Below, piece after piece: positions 7,506-16,481 of a stretch of 24,681 nt of DNA. The translations under genes were made by a program, and so were the position numbers. The notes under the pieces were generated by a model, which was not told the DNA's origin, ran no database searches, and saw nothing but the letters and a program-made list of their open reading frames with translations. Source of the stretch: Myxococcales bacterium (GTDB taxonomy: Bacteria > Myxococcota_A > UBA9042 > JABWCM01 > BTVJ01); the NCBI GenBank assembly GCA_045863395.1, contig BTVJ01000102.1, positions 1 through 24,681 on the forward strand. The letters are read 5' to 3'. How positions within the stretch are numbered: position 1 is the stretch's first letter; each line of letters starts with the position of its first letter.

Positions 7506-9107
7506 ATGGCGCTGCACCTGGTCGAGCGGCTCCTCGCCGCGGAGGGGGCGCTGGTCGAGCGCGACGGGGAGCTGGCGCACGTCGTGCTGCCCGGCGAGCT
7601 GCAAGCCGCCTACGAACTGCCCGAGCTGGCGACTCTGGACCCGGCCGGCGTGAGCGGGGCCGCGTGCGGCTATGGATCGGAGCTACTGCGCCGCGCCGTC
7701 GACCGGTCGCTCGCCCGCGGGGCCGTTGCCGCCGCCGTCGCGCGGGTGGACCCTCCCCGCGCTGGTACTCCCCCGCACACCGGCCTGAATGTCGCCCTGC
7801 GACCCGGGTCGCCGGCCGGCCTCACGACCTGGACGCTGGTCGGGCACTTCCTCGTGGACGCTCGGGCGGACGACCGGCGCGAGGCCGTCGTCTCGGCCGC
7901 CGTCTGCCTGCTGAGCGGCGCGCCCATGCCGCCGCCCATCGGGATCGACCTCCTCGATACGGAGGAACGCCCCGACGGGGGGCTCCTCCGCGAGGCCGAA
8001 GACCGGCTGCTGCGCGATGCCAGGCGAGCCGCACTGGAGGCGCTCGCACCGTTCCGGGCCGCCGTCGCTCGGCGGCACCGGCGCGACGTGCTCCGGGTCG
8101 ACCGATACTTCGAGGAGCTCGACCAGGACCTCGAGGCGCGCTCCCAGCGCTCGAAAGGGGCGTCGCTGGCCGGGAAGCGCGCGACCTTGCCCGCCGAGCG
8201 GGAACGGCGCCTGCGGGCGCTCGCCGAGGGGCACACGGTACACGTCGCGCTCAATCCCATCGCGCTTCTGCTCGTGCGGCATCCGGTGGCGGAGGTGCCG
8301 CTCACCGTCCTGCGCCGCAAGCGCAGCCGGGTCGTCTCCACCCTCTACGACGGGCTTGCCCGGCGGTGGCAACCGCTGGTCTGCGAGGGCTGCTGCGAGC
8401 CGGTGATGGCCTTCGGCGCCTGCGACGACGAGGTCCACGTCCTGTGCGGTCGGTGTGTGACGGAGAAGGCCTGCCCAGCCTGCGCCGGCCGGCGGGAGCC
8501 GCTGTCACGCGTCCTCGCGGGAGCGACGGAGGCGGTCCCGGCCGGGACGCCCGGTGCCACGCCGCGGACGGCGGCAGGCCCCGCCGGCGTCGATGTTCGG
8601 GGCGGCGCTGGGAGCGGAATGGCGAGCGAGACCACCCCCGGCGCCGGCCTCTTCGGAGGCGGTCGGAACGGGGGCGGCGGGCGCGGAGTCTGGGGGAGTG
8701 ACGCCGCCGGGCGCGCCGTCAGTCAGGGGGACGGCGCCGGGCGAGAAGCCAGCCGCAGTGGCAGTGCCGGGCGCGCCCCGACCCGCGATGAGGTCACCCC
8801 TGGGACCAGCTCCACAGCGCGGAGCACCACAGCGGCTCCAACGGCCGCACGACTGCCACCCCTACGCCCACCGCCCACCACGAGCGCCGGGCCGATCTAC
8901 CCAGCCACCGCCCCGGGTGGAAGTGCGGTCGCGGACAGCATCGTAGGCGTCCTCCAGTCGGGAGACCCCTGGCGAGCGGAGCAGCTCCGACACATGACGG
9001 GCGCCTCCTCAGAGTTGCTCCGCCAGGTGCTCCAGGATCTCATCGCGCGCGGCCTCGTCGAGAAGGGCGGCCAGGCGCGCGGCACGTGGTACCGATGGGT
9101 CGGGTAG
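7506..9107 (+). CDS. SNF2-associated protein (YqhG-like) with coiled coil, Cys-rich Zn finger, low-complexity linker and C-terminal winged HTH
   Basis: Starts 2 nt after the SNF2 stop. Contains CEGC...C...HVLCGRC...CPAC and C-terminal WRAEQLRHMTGAS..LLRQVLQDLIARGLVEKGGQARGTWYRW. The YqhG resemblance rests on gene context and recall. Confidence 0.75.
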   Translation: MALHLVERLLAAEGALVERDGELAHVVLPGELQAAYELPELATLDPAGVSGAACGYGSELLRRAVDRSLARGAVAAAVARVDPPRAGTPPHTGLNVALRPGSPAGLTTWTLVGHFLVDARADDRREAVVSAAVCLLSGAPMPPPIGIDLLDTEERPDGGLLREAEDRLLRDARRAALEALAPFRAAVARRHRRDVLRVDRYFEELDQDLEARSQRSKGASLAGKRATLPAERERRLRALAEGHTVHVALNPIALLLVRHPVAEVPLTVLRRKRSRVVSTLYDGLARRWQPLVCEGCCEPVMAFGACDDEVHVLCGRCVTEKACPACAGRREPLSRVLAGATEAVPAGTPGATPRTAAGPAGVDVRGGAGSGMASETTPGAGLFGGGRNGGGGRGVWGSDAAGRAVSQGDGAGREASRSGSAGRAPTRDEVTPGTSSTARSTTAAPTAARLPPLRPPPTTSAGPIYPATAPGGSAVADSIVGVLQSGDPWRAEQLRHMTGASSELLRQVLQDLIARGLVEKGGQARGTWYRWVG

Positions 9108-9712
9108 CAGGAGGGCTCGCGGGAGACTGCGGGGTCCAGGAGCGTGAGCAGGGGGCAGCCGACTCGCCAGCCAAGAGCGGCGAGTGGAGTAACGTCTCGC
9201 TGAACCTCGTCTACACATACCCCGTCCAGTGGTCACGGTTCAAGGTGCTCCGCGACTTCGTCCAGAACTTCTTCGATGCCATCGGCCCTGAGAAGTGGGC
9301 GAGCACCTTCTCCTGGCGCGCCGACGGAACGGACCTGGTACTGGAGGCTGCCGGCATCGGCTTCACACACGAGTGGCTCCACCACATCGGCGCCCCCACA
9401 AAGACCGCTGCCCCGGAAGGGACTTTCGCGGGATTCTTCGGCGAGGGCTTCAAGATAGCAGCGCTCTGTGCCCACATGGACCACGGTTGGGCAATCACCA
9501 TGGCGTCTCACAACTGGGAGCTGGAAGTGGGAAGCACCAGTCTGTCCATCGACGGCCAGTCTGTGCGCGCGCTCTGCTACCGGGTGAGAACACTACCAGC
9601 CACCGGGACTACCAGGCTCGTGATCGGGCGAACGGCCATCCGCGACGCACGGACGCTGCAAAACGTGTCCTTTCGGCAGGCATGCGTGACGCTGCGCCGG
9701 GCCCCCTCGTAG
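9086..9712 (+). pseudogene. GHKL (HATPase_c-like) ATPase domain, probably truncated
   Basis: LRDFVQNFFDA (N-box), GIGF (G1-like), HIGAPTK...AGFFGEGFK (G2). No convincing start codon, and the ORF ends right after the ATPase fold. Visibly lower GC than the flanks. Confidence 0.65.
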
Positions 9713-9757
9713 GCTCGGATGCCGTGACCACCATCATGGAGGACGGCACATTGCTGA

Positions 9758-9803
9758 ACGACAATCACATCTCCCCATCGACGACAACTACATCTCCCCA
9801 CCG
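9758..9803 (+). repeat. 23-bp imperfect tandem repeat
   Basis: acgacaatcacatctccccatcg (9758-9780) and acgacaactacatctccccaccg (9781-9803), 20/23 identical. Confidence 0.85.
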
Positions 9804-9846
9804 GTAGCGTGAGGAGGCACCGTCGGCGACGCCGCTTGCGGCCCCC

Positions 9847-12429
9847 CTACGGACACGAGGCCCCCGAGGCGTCCAGCTCCCAGGTCTTGATGAGCGTCGA
9901 GAAGCCGGCGAGGGAGGGGGAGCCGCAGATGGCCGCGGCCTTCGCGGGGGCCTGGCTCGCTGCCTCCACGTACTCCACGTGGAGCACGGCCTTGCCCTTC
10001 GCGACGAAGGGCTTGAGGAAGGCGCACTCCCCGTAGGCGTGGCACTCCTCGTTGAGCGCCCAGTCGAAGTGCGGCTCCAGTGCGTTGATCAAGCCGAGCG
10101 CGTTCTTGAGCCCCACGGACAGGCCGCGGGCGTGGGCCTCCGCGGCGAGGAACGTGTTGTACTCGGTCTGGTGCGCCGCCGAGAGGGGGAAGCCCGAGGT
10201 GTTTGCGTAGCCGTCCACGTTGTCCGGCTCCACCGCGTCGCAGCCCTTCTGCACCGCCAGGTCGAGCCGCACCCGCATGGCGGTGCGCACCTGCTCGTTG
10301 CGGATGTCGAGCCACCGCTCGTCCGGCCAGCCGGCCATGGCGTTCCCGATGGCCACCTGCGGGAAGTTGGCGGCGTCGAGGCGCCATGGCTCGTAGGTGC
10401 CCGCCGAGAAGTAGCAGATCACGCGGCGCCCGCTGGCCTTCAGGGACGCGATGGTCTGGGCCGGCACGTCGAAGAGGTCGATGTCGTACACCGCCACGTC
10501 CACGGACGTGTTCACGGGGCCGGTGAGCTGCCACTGCCAGGTCGTGCCCTGCGCCGGAGTCCACCAACCCACCGGCTTCGGCGCCGCGCAGTCGTTGACG
10601 GCGGAGAGCCTGTACTTCACGGCCTTGGACAGGCTCCCCTTGAAGCCGGCGTCGAGGATCGACCACCCGGTCACATACACCATCACCGGCTGCTCGGCCT
10701 TGGCGTGGAGCGTGACCTCCGCCTGGGCGCCCGTGCGCCCCGAGACCGCCGAGAGGATGGACACCTTCGGGTGGAGCGCCGCCACCTGGCCCGCCGCGAC
10801 GACGGCGCCGGCCGTGTCCGTCACCAGGAGCGCGGGCGCGTAGTCACCGGCCTTGCGCTCCAGGCGCAGCGTGGTGGTGCCCGCCGGCAGCGTCGCCCAG
10901 TACCGGTGGACCGAGAACTTGCCGGAGCTGAAGTCCTCGTCCTGGGTCCATGTGCCGCACTTCTTCAGGGTCGCCTGCGGGTTCCAGCAGCTCGCGACCC
11001 AGCAGGGCCACAGCTCGCTCCAGCACGGCTGCTTGTCGACGACGCCCGCCCACTGGCAGCCGGAGCCGGCGGCGAGGCACCCGCCCTGGGAGGCGCACCA
11101 GCCGCAGCCGGAGGTCGCGGAGCACTGGCCGCAGGAGAGGCCGCCGCAGGTGGGCGTTGGTTGACCCGCGCCGGAGCCGGAGCCGCCTGATCCGGCCCCG
11201 GAGCCGGAGCCGCCCGAGCCAGAGCCCCCGGAGCTGCCAGAGCCGGACCCACCGGAGCTGCCCGAACCCGACCCGGAGCCCGACCCGGAGCCCGACCCGG
11301 AGCCGGAGCCCGACCCGGAGCCTGAGCCTCCCGACCCAGAGCCCGAGCCCTGCCCCGCCGGCTTGGCCGCCGCCGCGAGCATGGCCGGGATGTGCGGCAG
11401 CAGGTAGTCCCCGGGGCAGCTCGTGCTCTGCCCCGAGTGTTGCCGGTGCCCCTTCACGTGGGCCGTGTCGAGGGGGATCCCCCACGCCTTGGACAGCGCG
11501 CCCAACAACAGCGCGCCGGAGTCGAGCATCACCTGGGGTGGCTGGAGCGGCGTCCAGGTGGAGCAGCCGCTCGGGTGGAAGCAGCCGACGAAGCTGATGC
11601 CGACGTTGCCGCTGTTGTGGCCGCCCACGTGGGAGCCCAGCATCTGCATGGGGCGCCCCTCGTAGGCCGTGCCGTCCACCCCCACGAGCAGGTGGTAGCC
11701 GATGTCGCACCAGCCGAGGGAGTCCATATGGTACGCCTGGATGGCCCGCACTCGCGCCATGGGGTTGTCCGACGGCGTGACGGTGTAGTGGATGGCCATG
11801 CGGGTCTTGGCCGCGTCCTTGGTGGTGCACTTGGTGGGGCGCGCCTTCCACGCGCTGCGGGGAGTGACGCCCAGGGCCGCGAGGTCCGCCGAGAGCGCCC
11901 CCTCCACCACGCCGAGGGCTTCGTTTGGCTCCTCGGGCACCACCGCCGCCCACACGAGCTGCGAGATGCGATCCATGTCCCCGGCCCAGAGACGAATCCG
12001 CGCCGTCCCCAAGGTCGCCCCGAGCTCCGCCACACCGACGAAGGAGCCGTCCTCGCCGAAGGTCTGCCCGAGCGGGAGCCACCCGGTGGACCCACCCCGC
12101 GCGTCGATGCCGGCGGCCTCCATGGCGGGCATGGCGCCCGGCGTAGCGAGGTGCACCAGCGCCCCGACGCGGCTCGCTCCCGACGGGACCGCGAGGGGCG
12201 GCGAGAGCAGCCACTCCCCGTCGACCGTGAAGCCCGACGCGATGTCGGCCCGCGAGAGCGTGGACTCGGCAAACCCCGCGTGGTCACCGAAGGTTGGGGT
12301 GAGCGCCTCGTCGCCCCCTGCGGCCTCGTGGGTCGAGGGGGGCAGCACCCCATCCCCCGAAGAGTCGCAGGCTGCCAGGAGCACGAGCGCGGAGAAGACG
12401 CAGCGGAATCGGGTGGTGCGGGGCTTCAT
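9847..12429 (-). CDS. Lipoprotein: N-acetylmuramoyl-L-alanine amidase (Amidase_2/PGRP) + Gly/Ser linker + Cys-rich PSI-like + beta-rich domain + GH114 endo-alpha-1,4-polygalactosaminidase
   Basis: Lipobox LVLLAAC. PGRP motifs PRSAWKA, AIHYT, IQAYHM..GWCDIGYHLLV, HVGGHN, GHR...SCPG. GH114 motifs TWQWQL, YDIDLFD, ICYFSAG, WPDERWLDIR, KGCDAVEPDNVDGY, GLKN, NEEC. Confidence 0.9.
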   Translation of the reverse strand: MKPRTTRFRCVFSALVLLAACDSSGDGVLPPSTHEAAGGDEALTPTFGDHAGFAESTLSRADIASGFTVDGEWLLSPPLAVPSGASRVGALVHLATPGAMPAMEAAGIDARGGSTGWLPLGQTFGEDGSFVGVAELGATLGTARIRLWAGDMDRISQLVWAAVVPEEPNEALGVVEGALSADLAALGVTPRSAWKARPTKCTTKDAAKTRMAIHYTVTPSDNPMARVRAIQAYHMDSLGWCDIGYHLLVGVDGTAYEGRPMQMLGSHVGGHNSGNVGISFVGCFHPSGCSTWTPLQPPQVMLDSGALLLGALSKAWGIPLDTAHVKGHRQHSGQSTSCPGDYLLPHIPAMLAAAAKPAGQGSGSGSGGSGSGSGSGSGSGSGSGSGSGSGSSGGSGSGSSGGSGSGGSGSGAGSGGSGSGAGQPTPTCGGLSCGQCSATSGCGWCASQGGCLAAGSGCQWAGVVDKQPCWSELWPCWVASCWNPQATLKKCGTWTQDEDFSSGKFSVHRYWATLPAGTTTLRLERKAGDYAPALLVTDTAGAVVAAGQVAALHPKVSILSAVSGRTGAQAEVTLHAKAEQPVMVYVTGWSILDAGFKGSLSKAVKYRLSAVNDCAAPKPVGWWTPAQGTTWQWQLTGPVNTSVDVAVYDIDLFDVPAQTIASLKASGRRVICYFSAGTYEPWRLDAANFPQVAIGNAMAGWPDERWLDIRNEQVRTAMRVRLDLAVQKGCDAVEPDNVDGYANTSGFPLSAAHQTEYNTFLAAEAHARGLSVGLKNALGLINALEPHFDWALNEECHAYGECAFLKPFVAKGKAVLHVEYVEAASQAPAKAAAICGSPSLAGFSTLIKTWELDASGASCP
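11170..11350 (-). repeat. Coding (GS)n linker repeat (ccggagcccgac-type 6/12-mers)
   Basis: Encodes GSGSGSGG... between the amidase and the Cys-rich domain. Confidence 0.9.
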
Positions 12430-12529
12430 GCGTCGAAGTTCGCGCGAAACCCCCCGCGCGTCAAGCGCGTGCGCTGGCGCCCCCCAGGACGCTGCCCCCG
12501 AGCGCGCCGTGCCTCCTCGCGGCCCCGGC

Positions 12530-13138
12530 CTACCCCGCCTCGGCGGCGTAGTCCTCCATGGAGGCGCGGATCACCCGGAACGCCTCCTCCCGGTCGTAGA
12601 TGCTCTGGACGGCGATGGGCGCCGCCTGGTCGGGGCGGAGCTTGTAGGTGCTGAAGTAGTGGGCGAGCCGCTGCACCAGGAGGTCCGGGATGTCGCCGAT
12701 GTCGTGGGCGCCGCTCCAGAAGCGGTCGTTGTCGAGCACGGCCACGATCTTGTCGTCGGCCTCCCCGCGGTCCACCACCTTCAAGCCACCGACCACCCGC
12801 GCATTGAGCACGATCTCGGACCGGGCGATGGGCCGCTCGGACAGGACGCAGATGTCGAGCGGGTCGCCATCCCCTCGGACGCCCCCACCCACAAGGCCGC
12901 CGACCCGGTCCGCACAGTAGGTGCGCGGGATGAACCCGTACAGAGTCGGCGGGACCGACGAGCTCTCCTGGGGGCGGTCCACCCGCAGGTAGCCTGTGGT
13001 CTTGTCCACCTCGTACTTGATGAGGTCGAAGGGCGTGATCTCGATGTAGGCGTGCACCACCCGCGGCGCCTCGGGGCCGACGTCGATGCCGTGCCAGGGG
13101 TGGGGACGGAAGCGGAAGAAGGGAGTCGGGAATGCCAT
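12530..13138 (-). CDS. ppa: Inorganic pyrophosphatase (family I)
   Basis: [51 protein letters not shown] upstream. Confidence 0.95.
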   Translation of the reverse strand: MAFPTPFFRFRPHPWHGIDVGPEAPRVVHAYIEITPFDLIKYEVDKTTGYLRVDRPQESSSVPPTLYGFIPRTYCADRVGGLVGGGVRGDGDPLDICVLSERPIARSEIVLNARVVGGLKVVDRGEADDKIVAVLDNDRFWSGAHDIGDIPDLLVQRLAHYFSTYKLRPDQAAPIAVQSIYDREEAFRVIRASMEDYAAEAG

Positions 13139-13162
13139 GGTGTACCTCCAGTGGGGCGGACC

Positions 13163-13792
13163 CTACCCCCTCGCGGCTCCGATGTCGAACGCGGGCTGAA
13201 CGCGCACAGACGCCGGGTCGGTGGGGCAGGCGCGCTCACAGAGGCCGCAGCCCGTGCAGGCGTCCCCCACGACGGGGCGACCGCGTCCATCGCGACGGAT
13301 GGCGGCCTCGCCGATGGGGCAGGCCACGATGCAGGCGTGGCAGGGCTCGCCGTTCCAGCGGACGCACCGGTCCTTGTCGATGACGGCCACCCCAAGGCGG
13401 ATCTCCGCCACGGGGATGGGCCGGAGCGCCCCGGAGGGGCACGCCGCCGCGCAGGGCACGTCGGGGCACAGGACGCACGGGGAGCGGCGGGGCCGCAGCA
13501 CCGGCGTCCCGATGATCGGGTCCATGGAGTCGGGCGCGGGAAACAGCGCCATGGGCGGGCAGGCGTCCACGCACTTGCCGCAGCGGAGGCAGGTGTCCAG
13601 GAACGCGACCTCCGGGAGGGCGCCCGGCGGGCGCAGGAGCCCGAAGGAGGCCGCAGAGGCCGCGGGGGCCGGTGGGGGCCGCTGCGCCTCGAAGGCCGTG
13701 ACCCCCTGCCGCACGGCGCGCAGCAGGCCCTCGAAGGCGCGCCTCCCCCCGGCTCGGAAGAAGTCGCTGCGGGTGATGCGGTCGTCGGCCAT
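13163..13792 (-). CDS. NapG/MauM-like 4Fe-4S polyferredoxin
   Basis: LLRPPGALPE..FLDTCLRCGKCVDACP, CVLCPDVPCAAACP, C..WNGEPCHACIVACP, CTGCGLCERACP. Start placed at ATG 13792 (MADDRITRSDFF). Confidence 0.88.
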   Translation of the reverse strand: MADDRITRSDFFRAGGRRAFEGLLRAVRQGVTAFEAQRPPPAPAASAASFGLLRPPGALPEVAFLDTCLRCGKCVDACPPMALFPAPDSMDPIIGTPVLRPRRSPCVLCPDVPCAAACPSGALRPIPVAEIRLGVAVIDKDRCVRWNGEPCHACIVACPIGEAAIRRDGRGRPVVGDACTGCGLCERACPTDPASVRVQPAFDIGAARG

Positions 13793-13943
13793 GGGAACGG
13801 GATCGTACCCGCCTCGCGCTGCGGGCGCAAAAGCACACTCTTCGCGCCACCGAGGCCTCGCACACTTTTTTCGACGACGGCCGGCGCCGTGGAGAAAGGA
13901 TGTGCGTCCCCCATCCACCGATGCCACGTGAAGGAGCGCACCC

Positions 13944-15821
13944 ATGAGGAACTTCGCCAAGTCACTTCTGCTGTTGGCCGTGGTCACAGCGATGTCCGCC
14001 TGTGCCGGAGCCGATGACCCATCCGAGAGCCTCTCGGGCGACCTCGACCAGCTCACCGCAGAGCTGGGCGCCGAGTGCGTCACGAAAGAGGAAGCCGGCA
14101 AGTGCCTGTCCCTCTCCAACTGGAATGAGGCCGCCGCGAAGCAGTGCGCCGCGCTGGGCATGGAGCTCACCGCCTTCAAGGCCACTGCCGAGTGTGGCAG
14201 CGGCCGCGCGTCGGCCGTCATCTATACGTGCTGTCCCCCGAACCCCGACCCCTGTGAGACCATCACCCGCACGACGAAGCTGTGCCAGTCCGAGGCGACC
14301 TGGCTCGCGACCGCGACGAAGACCTGCGAGTCCAAGGGGATGATCCTCAGCGACTTCGCGGTGTCGGGCTCCTGCGGCAAGGGCCGCTGGAACACCGCCA
14401 CCTTCCGCTGCTGCCCGGACACGAGCGTCTGCTGCGCGACGGCCGCGGGACCGCAAATTCTGCCGGCCTCCAAGTGCCCGTCGGGCGCGGCGCTGCCACC
14501 GCAGATGTGCAAGTCCCCGGAGGTCTGCTGCAAGCTCCAGGACGGCTCCCTCGTGACCCTGACCGCCGACCAGTGCAAGCTCAAGGGCGGCGCCGCTGCC
14601 CCGCTCGACCTGTGCAAGCAGGAGGTCTGCTGCAAGACGTCCGCGGGCCCGCAGATCACGACCGCCGACCAGTGCCCGGCGTCCCAGGTGGTCTCCATGG
14701 ACCTGTGCAAGCCCGTCGAGGAGGTCTGCTGCAAGATCAACGGCGGCTACTTCCTGACGCCGTCCACCCAGTGCCCGACGGGGCAGACGGTGCCCATGGA
14801 CCTGTGCAAGCCCGTCGAGGAGGTCTGCTGCAAGATCAACGGCGGCTACTTCCTGACGCCGTCCACCCAGTGCCCGACGGGGCAGACGGTGCCCATGGAC
14901 CTGTGCAAGCCCGTCGACGAGGTCTGCTGCAAGATCGACGGCGGCTACTTCCTGACGCCCTCCACCCAGTGCCCGGCGGGCCAGACCGTGCCCATGGACC
15001 TGTGCAAGCCCGTCGAGGAGATCTGCTGCCTGCTCCCCGACGGAACGGTGCTGGTCCTGAGCGCCGATGCCTGCAAGCAGAAGGGCGGCGTCCAGACGTC
15101 CATGTCCGCCTGTGACCCGACCGTCTATGTCTGCTGCGAGACGGCCGCCGGCTACCAGGTCGTCCCCTCGACCCAGTGCCCGAACGCCCAGGTGCCCATG
15201 GACTACTGCAAGCCGAAGGAGGTCTGCTGCAAGATCAACGGCGGCTACTTCGTGACGCCGGCCACCCAGTGCCCGGCGGGGCAGGCGGTGTCCATGGACC
15301 TGTGCCAATACACGCCGTGCGACAAGGCGATCTTCGGGCAGTGCAAGGGCTTCGACTACACCGCCCAGTGCGACCCGAAGGGCTACGACTGCGGCCCCCT
15401 CGGCATCCTCGGCGATCTGAACTGCGACGGCGTCTACGAGGTCTGCCTGGCCTGCCCGCCCGGCACCCACCCGGTGGACAGCAACGGCGACGGCTGCGAG
15501 GACCTGTGCGACTGCTGCCCGGCCATCAAGTGCCCCGCCGGGACGGTGGCGACCGACACGGACGGCGACGGCTGCCCCGACACCTGCGTGAGCGTGCTGT
15601 GCGACAAGGCGATCTTCGGGCAGTGCAAGGGCTTCGACTACACCGCGCAGTGCGACCCGAGCGGCTTCGACTGCACGTCCTTCGCCATCCTCGGGGACAC
15701 GAACTGCGACGGGAAGTACGACGTGTGCATCGAGTGCCCGGCGGGGACCGTGCCCATGGACCTCGACGGCGATGGCTGCGAGGAGGTCTGCAACTGCCCG
15801 GCCGACCCCAACACGAAGTAA
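13944..15821 (+). CDS. Cysteine-rich repeat lipoprotein
   Basis: AAGGAG RBS, lipobox TAMSAC, strong GC3 bias. Repeated VCC-x(11-12)-QC-x-DLCK modules, two CDKAIFGQCKGFDYTAQCDP modules and several DxD/NxDG motifs. Confidence 0.9.
   Translation: MRNFAKSLLLLAVVTAMSACAGADDPSESLSGDLDQLTAELGAECVTKEEAGKCLSLSNWNEAAAKQCAALGMELTAFKATAECGSGRASAVIYTCCPPNPDPCETITRTTKLCQSEATWLATATKTCESKGMILSDFAVSGSCGKGRWNTATFRCCPDTSVCCATAAGPQILPASKCPSGAALPPQMCKSPEVCCKLQDGSLVTLTADQCKLKGGAAAPLDLCKQEVCCKTSAGPQITTADQCPASQVVSMDLCKPVEEVCCKINGGYFLTPSTQCPTGQTVPMDLCKPVEEVCCKINGGYFLTPSTQCPTGQTVPMDLCKPVDEVCCKIDGGYFLTPSTQCPAGQTVPMDLCKPVEEICCLLPDGTVLVLSADACKQKGGVQTSMSACDPTVYVCCETAAGYQVVPSTQCPNAQVPMDYCKPKEVCCKINGGYFVTPATQCPAGQAVSMDLCQYTPCDKAIFGQCKGFDYTAQCDPKGYDCGPLGILGDLNCDGVYEVCLACPPGTHPVDSNGDGCEDLCDCCPAIKCPAGTVATDTDGDGCPDTCVSVLCDKAIFGQCKGFDYTAQCDPSGFDCTSFAILGDTNCDGKYDVCIECPAGTVPMDLDGDGCEEVCNCPADPNTK
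14695..15020 (+). repeat. 99-bp coding tandem repeat x3.3 (MDLCKPVEEVCCKINGGYFLTPSTQCPTGQTVP)
   Basis: Units start at 14695, 14794, 14893 and 14992; the first two are identical. A further related copy lies at about 15195-15305. Confidence 0.95.
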
Positions 15822-15844
15822 TCAAGGATCCCGCACCCAGCGGG

Positions 15845-15881
15845 CCGGCGCCGCGGCCTCCCCGAGGGGCCGCGGCGCCGG
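15845..15881 (+). terminator. GC-rich hairpin, putative terminator or mRNA stabiliser
   Basis: ccggcgccgcggcc (15845-15858) / ggccgcggcgccgg (15868-15881), a perfect 14-bp stem 24 nt after the stop codon. No real U-tract. Confidence 0.55.
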
Positions 15882-15992
15882 AGTTCCCCTCCCGCCCCTT
15901 GACCCTCCCCCCCAAGTCCGCTAGCAATTCCGAGCGTCCGCGCCGCGGGCGCTCCCGACACCTGTCTGGCCCTGGGCCTGCTCGAGGCACCG

Positions 15993-16481
15993 ATGATGGA
16001 TCTGTCCGCCCTCGCCACCGCGTCCGGCATGCGCCGCACGTGGGATGTACTCACCAAGGTGCCCGGAGGAAACCGGGTGTTCAGCAAGCTCCTCGGCCGC
16101 ATGGCCCCCTACACGGGGACCATCGACCCCGTGGTCGTCGACCTCCGGCCCGGCTTCGCGCGCGTCCAGATGCGCGACCGGCGCGCCGTGCGCAATCACC
16201 TGGACTCCATCCACGCCATCGCGCTGATGAACCTCGCCGAGGTGTCGAGCGGCGTCGCCATGATGGCGAGCATCCCCGACGACGCGCGGGGCATCCTGAC
16301 GGGACTGTCGATCCGCTATGGGAAGAAGGCGCGGGGGCTCCTGACCGCCGAGTGCACCTGCGAGCCGCCGGCGACCAGCGAGCGCCGCGAGGTGACCATC
16401 GAGGCGGTGATCCGCGACGAGTCGGGGGCAGAGGTCGCGCGCGCCCAGGCGAGCTGGCTCATCGGGCCGAAGAAGCGGTGA
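15993..16481 (+). CDS. Hotdog-fold thioesterase-like protein (PaaI/DUF4442-type)
   Basis: APYTGTI, VRNHLDSIHAIALMNLAE, LSIRYGKKARG. Confidence 0.85.
   Translation: MMDLSALATASGMRRTWDVLTKVPGGNRVFSKLLGRMAPYTGTIDPVVVDLRPGFARVQMRDRRAVRNHLDSIHAIALMNLAEVSSGVAMMASIPDDARGILTGLSIRYGKKARGLLTAECTCEPPATSERREVTIEAVIRDESGAEVARAQASWLIGPKKR

Noticed and set aside
13833..13873. Direct repeat gcacact(c/t)tt in the divergent promoter region
   Set aside because: Only two short copies 27 bp apart; too weak to call an operator.
11792..14017. 741-aa plus-strand ORF and other long antisense or alternate-frame ORFs (e.g. 4861-6357, 13962-15470, 21159-22529)
   Set aside because: They are shadows of well-supported genes, expected in very GC-rich DNA, and show no recognisable motifs.
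14695..15020. CRISPR array or DGR template/variable repeat
   Set aside because: The 99-bp period is in frame within a protein, there are no spacers, differences are few and not clearly adenine-specific, and no reverse transcriptase is present.
15899..15927. TTGACC-N17-TAGCAA promoter-like sequence
   Set aside because: The -10 element lacks the conserved final T and there is no independent support.
15176..16477. N-terminal part of the 650-aa ORF 15176-17128
   Set aside because: It overlaps two real genes in other frames and is Arg/Pro-rich. Only the portion from GTG 16478 is protein-like.
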